Of a stretch of 64,000 nt of DNA, positions 19,510-30,003 are shown piece by piece. This DNA comes from Candidatus Poribacteria bacterium (GTDB lineage: Bacteria > Poribacteria > WGA-4E > PCPOR2b). The stretch covers positions 4,192,001-4,256,000 of the forward strand of contig OZ242351.1 of the NCBI GenBank assembly GCA_965208675.1, read 5' to 3'. The notes below the pieces were generated by a model, which was given only the letters and a program-made list of their open reading frames with translations, had not been told where the DNA came from and searched no databases. Position numbers and translations under genes: made by a program. Numbering within the stretch: position 1 is the stretch's first letter; each line of letters opens with the position of its first letter.

Positions 19510-21901
19510 ATGCGATGCGTCTTGCTTCGCTCTTCGGATGCCAGAATGCCGAAATCAACGCCGTAATGGGAATCGTTAGGACGAGACCGAGTGTGCCGGC
19601 AAGTAAACGCACGACTTCAGCGGAGGCGGTGCCGATGCTCAAAAGTTCGACGACAGGGGATCGGAATAAATCTAAGTTTGGCGCTGTTGCCGCCAAGACA
19701 AACAGCAACTCCACACCGAGATAAGCGAATACTAATGTGTTCACCATTGTGCCGAGAATATCGGTGCCGACATTCATCCCAGATGTAATCAATCGCCATG
19801 TCGGCATATTCGGGTTTGCGCGTCGAATCTCTTCCATTGATGAGGAAACTTCAATAGCGCCATCCACCGCTACCCCTAGCACACCCATTAACATCCCCGC
19901 CATGAGAACTTGCCGAAAATCAAATGGCGGCGTACGAATGGCTTCGATGATGTCCGCTGATACCGCGTTCTCCAAACCGGAGAAGTGGAGATAGTTCTGC
20001 GAGTACATGACGATAAGCCCCGCGACGAGAATACCGCCCATTGTTCCGAACACGGCTGAGAAGGTCTTGCGGCTCGGACCTATCACAAACACGAGGGACA
20101 CAAAGGCAACTAAACCGGAGGTCAAAGTAACAATTACCACAGCGTTTTTCCCCTGTGAAATCAGGGGGAGCATGAAGAAGTAGAGAATTAGCCCCGAAAT
20201 AGCCATGGCGCAGACAGTACGTACGCCTTCATTCCGCCCGACCACGATTATGGCAACAAGCATTAATCCAAGCATCCACAGCAGGAATCGATCCCGACCG
20301 TACTCCTGTATAATGTTGACCAGGCTGAATTGATCGGGCGAACCGCCTACGCGGCAAAGAATGGTGTCTCCCGGATTGGCGGGAATGCTCAGCAACGGCA
20401 TACTGTGGTTGAGGATGTTTCGCAAAACGATGCGTTCTCCTTTGTATAGCCCCGAGAGCATTTCAACTTCAAGGATTTGATGCTCGGTAATCTCATTCAT
20501 CGGGTTGGATTCGAGCAGGCGAATGACTTTCCCTTTTGCGTATTCGGATCGGAACGTAAGCTCGCCGTTGTCGTTGCCCTGTTCGATAATTGTTGCTGAA
20601 GCGTTGTTAACGCGATTGTGAAAGAATTGCATACCAACCAACACGACTATCAATGCGATGGGAACGGCGAAACGCGCTTTACCGCCCGTACCGCCGCCGT
20701 AGCGTTTTTCAATTTCTTCTGCTGATGGAAGGTCTTCGTGAATATCTGACGGTTTGACCTTTGTGTAACGAGTTAATATGCCGGCGATTACGGCGGCGAT
20801 AGGCACTGTTAGGACCAGCCCAATGGTTCCGACGATGGCTCGTATTACAGCCACCGCGGTTGCTTCTTCATTCATCAAACGGATGAACGGATATAGCATT
20901 CCAACTTCCGGGAACTCGATCCGCGGGAGGAGCATCGTAATCATGTGTGCGCCGAGGTACGCAAAGATGAGTGTATCCGCCATAGTCCCCATAATGTCTC
21001 GCCCGACATTAAGCCCAACGCGGATTGCTTGGCGCACGGTGACATTTGGGTTGACCTGCTTAACTTCATAAACTGATGAAGAGATGGACATACCCACATC
21101 CATCATGGCGCCAACAGCGCCTAAAATCATGCCTGATACGAGTATCCCTTCAAAGTTCCAATTGTGAGAAGCCGGGGTTCGCCAGAGTGCCAGTCCGAGT
21201 TCGAGAAATCCGAACTCTTGTGCTAATCCTGTCAGAATCATAGCCTTCATGCTGATGACGGAAAGAATTCCAACGGCGACCAAACCGCCGAGCGTTCCCA
21301 ACACGCCGGAAATGACCTTGAAGCTAAACCCGGTAATCAAGACAAAAGTCGTGAGCGTAAGAAAGGCTGATACGAGCAAGGTAACAATGATAGGATTAAA
21401 GCCTTTAATAGTCAGGGGAACCAAGACGTAGAGAACAACGAATGCCGTAACGAAAAGCGTTAGGATTGCCCGTAGGCCCTTCATGCCAGCGACCAAAATC
21501 ATTAAGCAACCCAATAAACCTGCAAGGTAGAGCAAAAAGGGGGCACGGAAAAATTCGAGCATCCTTACATCTTCGATTGTGGTTTGATTCTGGTATCTGA
21601 GGGGGATTTCAAGGAAGAGCACATCCCCTTTCCGGAGTACCCGATCGCCGAACGCTCGTCCTGTCCAAATATTGTCGATTTGTACGCTTTGCCCCCTAAA
21701 TTCGCCTGAAATAACCTGAAAGGTCAAAATCTGGTCGGCTTCATCACTCGTATCCACGGTTGTGACTCGACCTAGGCAAACGAGAGTTTTCAATGCGCCT
21801 TGATGCACAATCTCGGAAAACTGAAACAGTTTAATATGCAAAAACAAAATTATTACGAGGATTGTCAGAACACCAAGAACCCTTAATTTCCAGTCCGTCA
21901 T
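19508..21901 (-). CDS. YibE/F-family membrane protein with two tandem YibE/F units
   Basis: GAVGAMMDVGMSISSSVYE...GRDIMGTMADTLIFAY, and again GVLGVAVDGAIEVSSSMEE...GTDILGTMVNTLVFAY. Confidence 0.88.
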   Translation of the reverse strand: MTDWKLRVLGVLTILVIILFLHIKLFQFSEIVHQGALKTLVCLGRVTTVDTSDEADQILTFQVISGEFRGQSVQIDNIWTGRAFGDRVLRKGDVLFLEIPLRYQNQTTIEDVRMLEFFRAPFLLYLAGLLGCLMILVAGMKGLRAILTLFVTAFVVLYVLVPLTIKGFNPIIVTLLVSAFLTLTTFVLITGFSFKVISGVLGTLGGLVAVGILSVISMKAMILTGLAQEFGFLELGLALWRTPASHNWNFEGILVSGMILGAVGAMMDVGMSISSSVYEVKQVNPNVTVRQAIRVGLNVGRDIMGTMADTLIFAYLGAHMITMLLPRIEFPEVGMLYPFIRLMNEEATAVAVIRAIVGTIGLVLTVPIAAVIAGILTRYTKVKPSDIHEDLPSAEEIEKRYGGGTGGKARFAVPIALIVVLVGMQFFHNRVNNASATIIEQGNDNGELTFRSEYAKGKVIRLLESNPMNEITEHQILEVEMLSGLYKGERIVLRNILNHSMPLLSIPANPGDTILCRVGGSPDQFSLVNIIQEYGRDRFLLWMLGLMLVAIIVVGRNEGVRTVCAMAISGLILYFFMLPLISQGKNAVVIVTLTSGLVAFVSLVFVIGPSRKTFSAVFGTMGGILVAGLIVMYSQNYLHFSGLENAVSADIIEAIRTPPFDFRQVLMAGMLMGVLGVAVDGAIEVSSSMEEIRRANPNMPTWRLITSGMNVGTDILGTMVNTLVFAYLGVELLFVLAATAPNLDLFRSPVVELLSIGTASAEVVRLLAGTLGLVLTIPITALISAFWHPKSEARRIA

Positions 21902-22498
21902 TCAGGTTCTCCTGTTTATCTGCGGTAAATCAAACGGGAAACGGGGGTGCGGGGGGACCTTGCGGCATATACAATAAGGATGCCGAATTACACGTTAATC
22001 CGTCGTCGCTTTTTTTCACAGCCGTAAATATTGCAAGGATAACACATAATTGAAGACAGTGCAATATATAAGCAGACCGCAGAAATGTGCGCTGCTGACA
22101 ACGATTCAGACTGCAAACCGGTGGAACAGAACATTCTTGAATTTAGTTAGCCAGCCGTTGCCAACAATAAACACGTTAGAAATTTTGCCGGGTGAAGTTT
22201 TCGTTTTGGGGGTAAAGGCAGTTGGCAAATATGGAAGGAATTGCACTTGGAACCAAGATCCAGAATTTCGCTGAAAACCGGCAAAACTAAGGATGCACAT
22301 TGCTCACTAATGATCCTAAACATTGCGGTCGAAGGCGTCACTAACTATGGCTGCATTCAAGACGAAATCGAATGTAAACTAAGCCGATTTGCGGAGAGGG
22401 ATTTGACACGGAGTGATGAGAGGCGGGATTGCTTTGTTATTTGATTTAGCTGAGCAAGTCGCATTATCTGTATCAAAAACGTGACTTCTATATTGCAT

Positions 22499-23725
22499 CT
22501 AAAACCATTCTTTCATACGCCTAAGGATTTGTTCAAACAGGTTTCCCTTGATAAACGTACGTTTGGGTTCAATTTGGCGTTGCGACGCGCCATAGATTAC
22601 CAGGCCGACACCAGTTGCATAAATCGGATTGTGAATCCTGTCCGTTAATCCTTTTAGTGGACGCGGATAGCCTATTCTCACCGGATACGGGAAAGTCTGT
22701 TCAGCAAGTTCGAGGAGCCCATCAAGGAGCGAGGAACCTCCAGTAAGCACCACCCCGGAAGGAATGTGAAGATGGCTATTGGCAATTTCTTGGCCGATTA
22801 AATCGAGCATTTCTCCCATACGGCATTGAATAATCTCGGTTAAGTCCTTTTTAGTGACGAAGCGAGTTCTTCGTGTGCCTCCGACGGTTGAGATTGGAAT
22901 AGTATCATCTGACTCAATAATGTCAACACATGCGCAGCCTCGAGTGACCTTAAGTTTCTCTGCATCCTGATGGGTCATCTTCAATAGTTGAGCGATATCG
23001 CTGGTTACATGGTCTCCGCCAAGCGAGAGCACTGCGGTATGATGCGGCGCACCATCTTTATAAACAACGGTATCAGTAGTTCCACCTCCCATGTCAGCAA
23101 GAACGACGCCAAGATTCTTTTCCTCACTTGATAAAACTGCGCCGGCGGAGGCGATTGGTTCCATAACGATGTTTTCAACGGAGATCCCGGTGTTATAAAC
23201 ACTTCTGACAAGGTTTTGTGCTGAAGCGACCGCGCCGGTAATAATGTGGACGTATGCTTCGAGACGAACACCGGACATGCCTACCGGCTCTTTAATTCCA
23301 TCTTGATTGTCAACCACAAATCCTTGCGGAATAACGTGAAGCACCTCTCGTTCAACTGGAATCGAAATAGCTTGTGCAGCGCTAATGGCTCGATCTACAT
23401 CGGACTGGGTGATTTCGCGGCCTTCGCCCGCGACAGCGACAACGCCATTCTGAGTTTGTCCCGTGATATGGCCTCCCGCAATGCCGGCATACACCGATCC
23501 AATCTCGACGCCTGCCATTAATTCGGCATTTGCAATTGCTTCTCGAATTGCGGTGCTGGTGAGATCGATATCGACGACAACTCCCTTCCGCAATCCTTTC
23601 GAAGGAGCCGTTCCAACACCAATTATCTCTATTTTTTCTGGATCGCCCTGCCAAGTATTCCCAATAATTGCGGCGATTTTGCTCGTCCCGATGTCCAGTC
23701 CGACGACGATATCTTCTCTATCCAT
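22499..23725 (-). CDS. ftsA: Cell division protein FtsA (start ATG 23725)
   Basis: VGLDIGTSKI, GLRKGVVVDI, DMGGGTTD, GGDHVTSDI, VLTGGSS, YATGVGL, C-terminal amphipathic helix ending EWF. Confidence 0.97.
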   Translation of the reverse strand: MDREDIVVGLDIGTSKIAAIIGNTWQGDPEKIEIIGVGTAPSKGLRKGVVVDIDLTSTAIREAIANAELMAGVEIGSVYAGIAGGHITGQTQNGVVAVAGEGREITQSDVDRAISAAQAISIPVEREVLHVIPQGFVVDNQDGIKEPVGMSGVRLEAYVHIITGAVASAQNLVRSVYNTGISVENIVMEPIASAGAVLSSEEKNLGVVLADMGGGTTDTVVYKDGAPHHTAVLSLGGDHVTSDIAQLLKMTHQDAEKLKVTRGCACVDIIESDDTIPISTVGGTRRTRFVTKKDLTEIIQCRMGEMLDLIGQEIANSHLHIPSGVVLTGGSSLLDGLLELAEQTFPYPVRIGYPRPLKGLTDRIHNPIYATGVGLVIYGASQRQIEPKRTFIKGNLFEQILRRMKEWF

Positions 23726-23766
23726 GCAATTCACCTCCCTCTTGAAACTATTGCATTAGCTCACGC

Positions 23767-24555
23767 TCAGTTAATCCGTCCCAAATAAACCGCGTCCGCG
23801 AATCTTGCATCCAAATAAGCCTTACTACGATTTCGTTTCTTTTGCTTAACAACGGTTGTTCGATTTTTTAAGAATAAATCTATATTTTTGAGTCCAGTTT
23901 CTACAAGATCCGATGAGAGCCAGATCACAGGCAAGCCGCCATCGAGTTGGAGGATGATTTTTTCAGGATGAATGGCGTCAATCGTGCGGATTCTGGCAGC
24001 AATCTCAGGGGTTGAAATCAGCACGGTCCGCAGCACGCGCAATGCCAATTGTACATCTTCTGAAATTACCTGACTATCGGGTTCAGGCAATTGTCCTTGA
24101 GGATGAGCAACTATAGTAACAGATGTATCTGCATCCTGCGGAGAATCGATATATTTCATTGCGTACCCATCCACATCGACCTGAAGAAAACGAAGCTCAC
24201 GATTTAGATTATATTTTAACAGCGCGCTCGGCTTTTCTTTGGCGTTCTTCCCATTGCGGTTTGGTTCCGCGACACTGCCATTCGAGTTATTTGAATGTTC
24301 GCCAAGCACAGAGACATTTTTGGCTCTCACGTCGAAAAAATCGCGTTCGGAGGTGATAAAATATATGAATGCCAAAACAGTAACAAACGTTAATCCGATA
24401 GCAAACCTGCGTTTAACCTGAAAGCGTGAAATTCCATTTTCAGGGGGCAGCCACACCTTCCGCTGCGTCGAATGTTTCCCTGATGCGCGCGGTGAAACAT
24501 CGGCGCGACCGCGGGTTTTAATATAATTTTTTTTCAACGAGGATTTTTTAGGCAT
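23767..24555 (-). CDS. ftsQ: FtsQ/DivIB-like protein, apparently lacking most of the POTRA domain
   Basis: Position between murC and ftsA; basic N-tail, single TM, VDVDG motif, C-terminal YLDARFADAVYL. Confidence 0.65.
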   Translation of the reverse strand: MPKKSSLKKNYIKTRGRADVSPRASGKHSTQRKVWLPPENGISRFQVKRRFAIGLTFVTVLAFIYFITSERDFFDVRAKNVSVLGEHSNNSNGSVAEPNRNGKNAKEKPSALLKYNLNRELRFLQVDVDGYAMKYIDSPQDADTSVTIVAHPQGQLPEPDSQVISEDVQLALRVLRTVLISTPEIAARIRTIDAIHPEKIILQLDGGLPVIWLSSDLVETGLKNIDLFLKNRTTVVKQKKRNRSKAYLDARFADAVYLGRIN

Positions 24556-24735
24556 GAAAATGTACGCTTTCGGGTTGAAATTTGGTAAATCCGAGAATCA
24601 GAAAGACAATGATGTGTTTATTTCCTTTGTTAACCGGTAAAAATTACCGCGTAATACATCTAAGCATAAATTCGCTGCAAAATCAATCGCATTCGCTTTT
24701 TTCGCAATTGATTAATCTCTTTTCGGTCGTTCAAT

Positions 24736-26100
24736 CTAATTGCCCAATTGATTCATTAGTTCACGGCCAACACACCAGATGTCCCCAGCGCCAACTGTGA
24801 TTACGATATCATTGGGCTGGACAATATTCATCAAAACGCTCGCCACTTCCGCTTTATCTGGAATATACATTGCGTGGCGATGTCCGTGCGCCTGAATAGC
24901 CTGCGTCAGGTTTTCCGCAGTGACCCCTTCAACAGGAGTTTCCTCGGCTCCATAGATAGAGGTGACAATTAGCACATCTGTCTCATAAAACGATTTCGAG
25001 AACTCCTCTGCAAGATGTTTAACGCGCTGGTATCGATGTGGTTGAAAGACAGCGACGATGCGGCGATTGTAACTCTCGCGCGCAGCGCGAAACGTAGCTT
25101 TAAGCTTAGCCGGATTGTGGGCATAATCGTCAACCACGATGACACCATTGGTTTGACCAATGACTTCAAAACGTCGATGTACGCCCTGAAATGATTCCAA
25201 GGCATCTCGTAGCTGATCGAAAGGCACATCCAACTCCATTCCAACGGCGATGGCGGCTAGTGCATTGGAAATGTTGTGGCGGCCTGGCATTTTTAAGTGG
25301 ACTTCACCTAAAACGTCTCCCCGGACCCGAACTTGGTATTGGCACGTGGGCCCATCGATCCGGATTTGTTCTGCCGTTATATCTGCCCGTGTCTCAATGC
25401 CATAAGTCACGTAGCGTTTTTCAAGTCTGGGGACGAGACGCTGGATGTTCTCTTGGTCTAAACACAACACCGCCGTTCCGTAAAACGGCACTTTATTGAC
25501 AAAATTCAGGAACGTCTCGCCGATTTCTTCCACGCTGCTGTAATAATCGAGATGATCTGCATCGACCGACGTTACAACGGCGATTGTTGGGAAGAATTTT
25601 TCAATGGAACCATAAGCTTCATCTGCTTCAACCACCATAATCTCGCCGCGTCCAAACCGTGCGTGGCTTCCTAGGCTGACCAGTTTTCCGCCGACGATAA
25701 CGGTTGGGTCAAGTTTTTCTAACACGGCGGCTGTCATTGCAGTTGTTGTGGTTTTGCCGTGAGTTCCGCTAATGGCAACACTGGACTTCATCCGCATTAT
25801 CTCTGCGAGCATTTCTGCACCGCGAATAACGGGAATTTTTCGGTTTTTTGCAGCAACTACCTCTGGGTTCTCTTGCGGCACTGCGGGTGAAACGACAACA
25901 ACATCGGCGCCCGATATTTGTTCAGCCGCATGCCCGTAATATACTTTTGCACCTAGCGCCGCAAGATGCTCGGTAGTTTCGGTTTGGTACAAGTCCGATC
26001 CGGAAATCCAAAAGTCAAGGCTTAGCAAGATTTCTGCAATCCCGCTGAGTCCGGCGCCGCCGATGCCAATAATGTGAATATGGCGAGTTGCTCCAAACAT
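24736..26100 (-). CDS. murC: UDP-N-acetylmuramate--L-alanine ligase
   Basis: IHIIGIGGAGLSG, SGTHGKTTTT, VEADE, DADHLD, GVHRRF, DDYAHNP, FQPHRY, GAGDI. Confidence 0.97.
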   Translation of the reverse strand: MFGATRHIHIIGIGGAGLSGIAEILLSLDFWISGSDLYQTETTEHLAALGAKVYYGHAAEQISGADVVVVSPAVPQENPEVVAAKNRKIPVIRGAEMLAEIMRMKSSVAISGTHGKTTTTAMTAAVLEKLDPTVIVGGKLVSLGSHARFGRGEIMVVEADEAYGSIEKFFPTIAVVTSVDADHLDYYSSVEEIGETFLNFVNKVPFYGTAVLCLDQENIQRLVPRLEKRYVTYGIETRADITAEQIRIDGPTCQYQVRVRGDVLGEVHLKMPGRHNISNALAAIAVGMELDVPFDQLRDALESFQGVHRRFEVIGQTNGVIVVDDYAHNPAKLKATFRAARESYNRRIVAVFQPHRYQRVKHLAEEFSKSFYETDVLIVTSIYGAEETPVEGVTAENLTQAIQAHGHRHAMYIPDKAEVASVLMNIVQPNDIVITVGAGDIWCVGRELMNQLGN

Positions 26101-26107
26101 AGAGGCC

Positions 26108-27217
26108 TCAAACCTTTTTGGGTTTTACGAGAGAATTGATTGATGCTGCGATTTCCTGACCCGCCTTGGGATTTCCCATTTGACGTGCAGCGGTTGCCAT
26201 CTGTTGAAGTTTTGCTGAATCGGCAATGATCTGGATAATCCAATCGGCGATATCGGCGCCGGTCGTTGTTTGCTCATTCAGCACGACCCCTGCACCCCGG
26301 TCTGCAACGGCTTGCGCGTTTAATTTCTGGTGATTGGCGGCGGCGGTAGGCAGGGGAATAAAAATCGCCGGAATCCCGCAAGCGGTGACTTCAGAAATTG
26401 TCATGCCGCCAGCCCGGCAAATCATTAAATCTACAACACTATATACAGACTCGATCGAATCAAAATACGGTTCAACCAAATGCCGCAATGGTGAACGCTT
26501 GTAGGCATCCGTGACTTCTTGGTAATCTTTTTCTCCAGTCTGGTGAATGATTTGTAACTGCTGATCGAGCGCTGCTAGCCTATCCAACGCGTCTATAACC
26601 ATTTTGTTAATTGTATGCGCGCCTTGACTCCCTCCCATGACCATCACGGTCTTCAGATTTGCATCGAGTGCAAATTTCTCATATGTTGCATTACAACGTT
26701 TAATGGCGCCAATCGAGCGGCGTATGGGATTGCCGGTTACCTTCCCAACTCTGACTGGAAAATAGGTTACAGCCGATTCAAACGCGAGATAGACAGATTT
26801 TGCTAAACGCCCCAAGATTCGGTTTGTGACACCGGGAATTGCATTTTGTTCTTGGACGATGGTTGGGATACCGAGCAGCGAAGCGGCAAAGAGCACAGGT
26901 CCGCTAACATAGCCGCCCGTTCCCACGACGATGCTGGGTTTCAACCGCTTAAGAAGGTACAGCGAGTTTACAAAACCTGTGCCGACCTGGCCAATGACTG
27001 GCAACCACCTCCACGTCAGTTTTCGCGGCAATCCCGCCACGGGAATTGAGAGGAAACGAAATCCGTGCTGCGGAACGATTTTCGATTCTAGGCGATTCGC
27101 CCCTCCAATGAACACAATCTCATTCGTTGCATTTAGAGAGATGAGTTCTTTTGCAATGCCAATCGCGGGATAAATATGACCGCCCGTCCCACCACCTGAA
27201 ATGGTGATAAGTGGCAT
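26108..27217 (-). CDS. murG: Undecaprenyl-PP-MurNAc-pentapeptide GlcNAc transferase
   Basis: GGGTGGHIYP, GTGGYVSGP, EQNAIPG.TN, GNPIR, GGSQGA, CRAGG.T..E. Confidence 0.97.
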   Translation of the reverse strand: MPLITISGGGTGGHIYPAIGIAKELISLNATNEIVFIGGANRLESKIVPQHGFRFLSIPVAGLPRKLTWRWLPVIGQVGTGFVNSLYLLKRLKPSIVVGTGGYVSGPVLFAASLLGIPTIVQEQNAIPGVTNRILGRLAKSVYLAFESAVTYFPVRVGKVTGNPIRRSIGAIKRCNATYEKFALDANLKTVMVMGGSQGAHTINKMVIDALDRLAALDQQLQIIHQTGEKDYQEVTDAYKRSPLRHLVEPYFDSIESVYSVVDLMICRAGGMTISEVTACGIPAIFIPLPTAAANHQKLNAQAVADRGAGVVLNEQTTTGADIADWIIQIIADSAKLQQMATAARQMGNPKAGQEIAASINSLVKPKKV

Positions 27218-27404
27218 CAGATTTCCTCATGCATGGGATGAAACCATGAAAATCAATTTGAAACAACTGGCGATTCGAGAAACTCAACACCTGATATCCA
27301 AAACATGAGGTTTCGAAGCGAAACCAAGTCATTTTCAGGACACTATCGTTCTGTCTGGCAGTTCAGCCTATCCTTCTCATTCCCGATTTACTCATTCCTA
27401 AACC

Positions 27405-28640
27405 TCAATGTTGCCAATTGTTCCACTTCACCTCTTCTCCGCCGCCCGTCCATTGTTTCTCCACATTTTCCTGCTTTTCTACCTCTCCACCCTCTATACC
27501 GCGTGAGATGTTCAGCAAAATTCCAATGCTAACTAAACTGATCAAAAGCGACGATCCCCCATAGCTAATAAATGGCAAAGTGAGACCTTTTGTGGGCATC
27601 ATTCCGGTCACCACTCCAATATTGACAATGGTCTGGACGCCAATGAGAATGGTAATACCAAATGCGAGTAAACTAGCGAACCTATCTGTAACATGAAGCG
27701 CGATATGGATGCCGCGCCATATAAACAGCATAAATAGGGCGATGACACAGACGCCGCCAATGAAGCCGAGTTCTTCGCCAATAATAGTGAATATAAAATC
27801 TGTGTGTGGTTCTGGAAGATGCCGCAAGTAAATACTCTTGCCAATCCCGCCGCCGAGTAAGTTGCCATGTGCTAACGCACCTAACGACTGAGAAAGCTGA
27901 TAATTTGTATCATCAGGCGATGTCAGGTATTGTAAATAGTCATTAATTCGCCCCATTTTATACGAATCGTCTTGAATCGAGGCGTAAACAAAAAAACAGG
28001 CTGTTCCCGTTAGTAAGATAATCTGCGAAAGACGGGCTCCTCCTACGAACAGAAGTGTAACAATCACAAAACCTAATAACACCGCGGATCCAAAATCAGG
28101 TTGTTTATATAGGAGCAGAAACACAATTGAAAGCACGAAGATGCTAGGAAGTACACCGTGGGTAAGACTGCGAATTTTGTCATGTTTGCGGCTAAGAAAA
28201 TGTGCAACATAGATCACCATTGCTAACTTGACGAGTTCAACAGGCTGAAATTGGAACCTGCTGATTCGCACCCACCGATTAAATTCCTTACCCGACTCCG
28301 AATTTACGTTGTGTCCAAGTGGAGAAAAAACGAGCACTAATCCGAGAATGGAGATTATAAGAATGTGTTTATTGTACTTTTCGTAATACCTGAATGGTAT
28401 GTACGAAGCGATGAACAAACCAATCACTCCAAGTGCGCCGGCAATTAACTGCGTCTTCAAATAGCGGAGGCTGTTTGCGTTGTAAAGTTCATAAGCAGGC
28501 CTGTTGCTGGAACTATAGACCATTACCAAGCCAATTGCGACCAAGCAAAAAGTGATGAAAAGTAGGAAGTGATCGATACCTCCTTTATGGGGGTAAATGT
28601 CATCACGATTTGAAAGGAGTTTTACTGAATGCCTTTTCAA
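27405..28640 (-). CDS. ftsW: SEDS peptidoglycan polymerase FtsW
   Basis: GLVMVYSSS, RW....FQPVELVK, QPDFG, LPEPHTDFIF..IGEELG, PTKGLTLPFISYGGSS. Confidence 0.95.
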   Translation of the reverse strand: MKRHSVKLLSNRDDIYPHKGGIDHFLLFITFCLVAIGLVMVYSSSNRPAYELYNANSLRYLKTQLIAGALGVIGLFIASYIPFRYYEKYNKHILIISILGLVLVFSPLGHNVNSESGKEFNRWVRISRFQFQPVELVKLAMVIYVAHFLSRKHDKIRSLTHGVLPSIFVLSIVFLLLYKQPDFGSAVLLGFVIVTLLFVGGARLSQIILLTGTACFFVYASIQDDSYKMGRINDYLQYLTSPDDTNYQLSQSLGALAHGNLLGGGIGKSIYLRHLPEPHTDFIFTIIGEELGFIGGVCVIALFMLFIWRGIHIALHVTDRFASLLAFGITILIGVQTIVNIGVVTGMMPTKGLTLPFISYGGSSLLISLVSIGILLNISRGIEGGEVEKQENVEKQWTGGGEEVKWNNWQH

Positions 28641-30003
28641 GTTGAATCACAGCCTCACGAAAGGCTTGTCCTCGTTCTTTATAATCTGAGTACATGTCAA
28701 AACTAGCATTTGCAGGCGACAAAAGCACTACGTCACCCGGCGCCGCGTGCGAGTATGCAGTTTTAACTGCTTCGTCCATGGTTGCAGCATTCCACATAAC
28801 GACTTGTAAAGAAAACGCGTTTCGGATTATTTGGGTGTGCGATCCGAGTAAAATTAACCCCTTGACTTTAGACTGAATAGGCTGGATTAACGGGGCATAA
28901 TCATTGCCTTTATCGTATCCACCCATAATCAATAGAATCGGCTTGGATATCGATTCAAGCGCGGCCGCGGCCGCAGCAACGTTTGTTGCTTTGGAATCGT
29001 TGATAAATTGAACGCCATTGATTGTATTGACCATCTCGAACGCATGTTCGAGAACGGGATATTCAGCAGCCGAAAATTGACGAACCGCCGACTGCATTTG
29101 ATTTGAAGTAATACCTAAAATTTGCCCAACAGCTGCTGCAGCGAGGACGTTTCGGAGATTGTGGTTGCCAGCTAGCGGAATGTCTCGCTTAGTCAGAACG
29201 CGTTTTGACTCACCGTTCCAATGAGCAAAGACTTCATCATTTCGTACAAACGTTCCCAAACTGGCAGGCGAGGAATTTGTGGTAAAATAGACAGGTTTTG
29301 CCTGCGTTTCCGATGCAAATGTAGCAACGGCGGGGTCTTCCGCATTGAGAACAATCCAATCCTCCGACGTTTGATTCGCGCAAATCATCAACTTGGCGTT
29401 TCGATAGGCTTCCATGGATGGGTGTTGATCCAAGTGATCCCTAGAAAGATTCAGAATCACGCTTACCATCGGGCGAAACGTCGTTGTAGTTTCAAGCTGA
29501 AAACTGCTGGTTTCCGCGACGACGAGATCCTCAGATGTTAGATTTTGGACTTTGCTCGACAGGGGTATGCCAATGTTGCCGGCAACACACACGTTTCGGA
29601 AGTTCCCATCTTTTAAAATCGAGGCAGTTAACACTGTTGTCGTTGTCTTGCCTTTTGTTCCTGTGACAGCGACGATTGGCGCAGGACATACGCTCGCGGC
29701 AACTTCTAGTTCCCCAACAATAGGAATGCCGTTTGAGCGTGCTTTCTTTAGAATAGGGATATCTAGCGGCACACCCGGCGAAACAACAACCATGTCGACC
29801 TGTTCAATACTGCGGATGCTATGGCGGCCGAGTATGAATTCAATAGACCGATCTTTAAGCGCCTCAAGGGATGATTGGAGTTCCTGTTCAGTTTTACGAT
29901 CAGTGACACGCACCTTTGCGCCAAGATCGTCCAGCAGTTTGGCAACCGCGGCGCCGCTTCGCTGCAACCCAAAAACGGCAATCTGCTTGCCCGAAAATGT
30001 CAT
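28603..30003 (-). CDS. murD: UDP-N-acetylmuramoyl-L-alanine--D-glutamate ligase
   Basis: VSPGVP, VTGTKGKTTT, ETSSFQL, DHLD, NDSKATN, GGYDKG, LLSPA.ASFD. Confidence 0.95.
   Translation of the reverse strand: MTFSGKQIAVFGLQRSGAAVAKLLDDLGAKVRVTDRKTEQELQSSLEALKDRSIEFILGRHSIRSIEQVDMVVVSPGVPLDIPILKKARSNGIPIVGELEVAASVCPAPIVAVTGTKGKTTTTVLTASILKDGNFRNVCVAGNIGIPLSSKVQNLTSEDLVVAETSSFQLETTTTFRPMVSVILNLSRDHLDQHPSMEAYRNAKLMICANQTSEDWIVLNAEDPAVATFASETQAKPVYFTTNSSPASLGTFVRNDEVFAHWNGESKRVLTKRDIPLAGNHNLRNVLAAAAVGQILGITSNQMQSAVRQFSAAEYPVLEHAFEMVNTINGVQFINDSKATNVAAAAAALESISKPILLIMGGYDKGNDYAPLIQPIQSKVKGLILLGSHTQIIRNAFSLQVVMWNAATMDEAVKTAYSHAAPGDVVLLSPANASFDMYSDYKERGQAFREAVIQLEKAFSKTPFKS

Noticed and set aside
21902-22498. 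ftsZ remnant, riboswitch or small genes downstream of ftsA
   Set aside because: No tubulin-signature peptide or recognisable riboswitch consensus; the short ORFs lack RBS and motifs. An Rfam scan would be needed to exclude an ncRNA.
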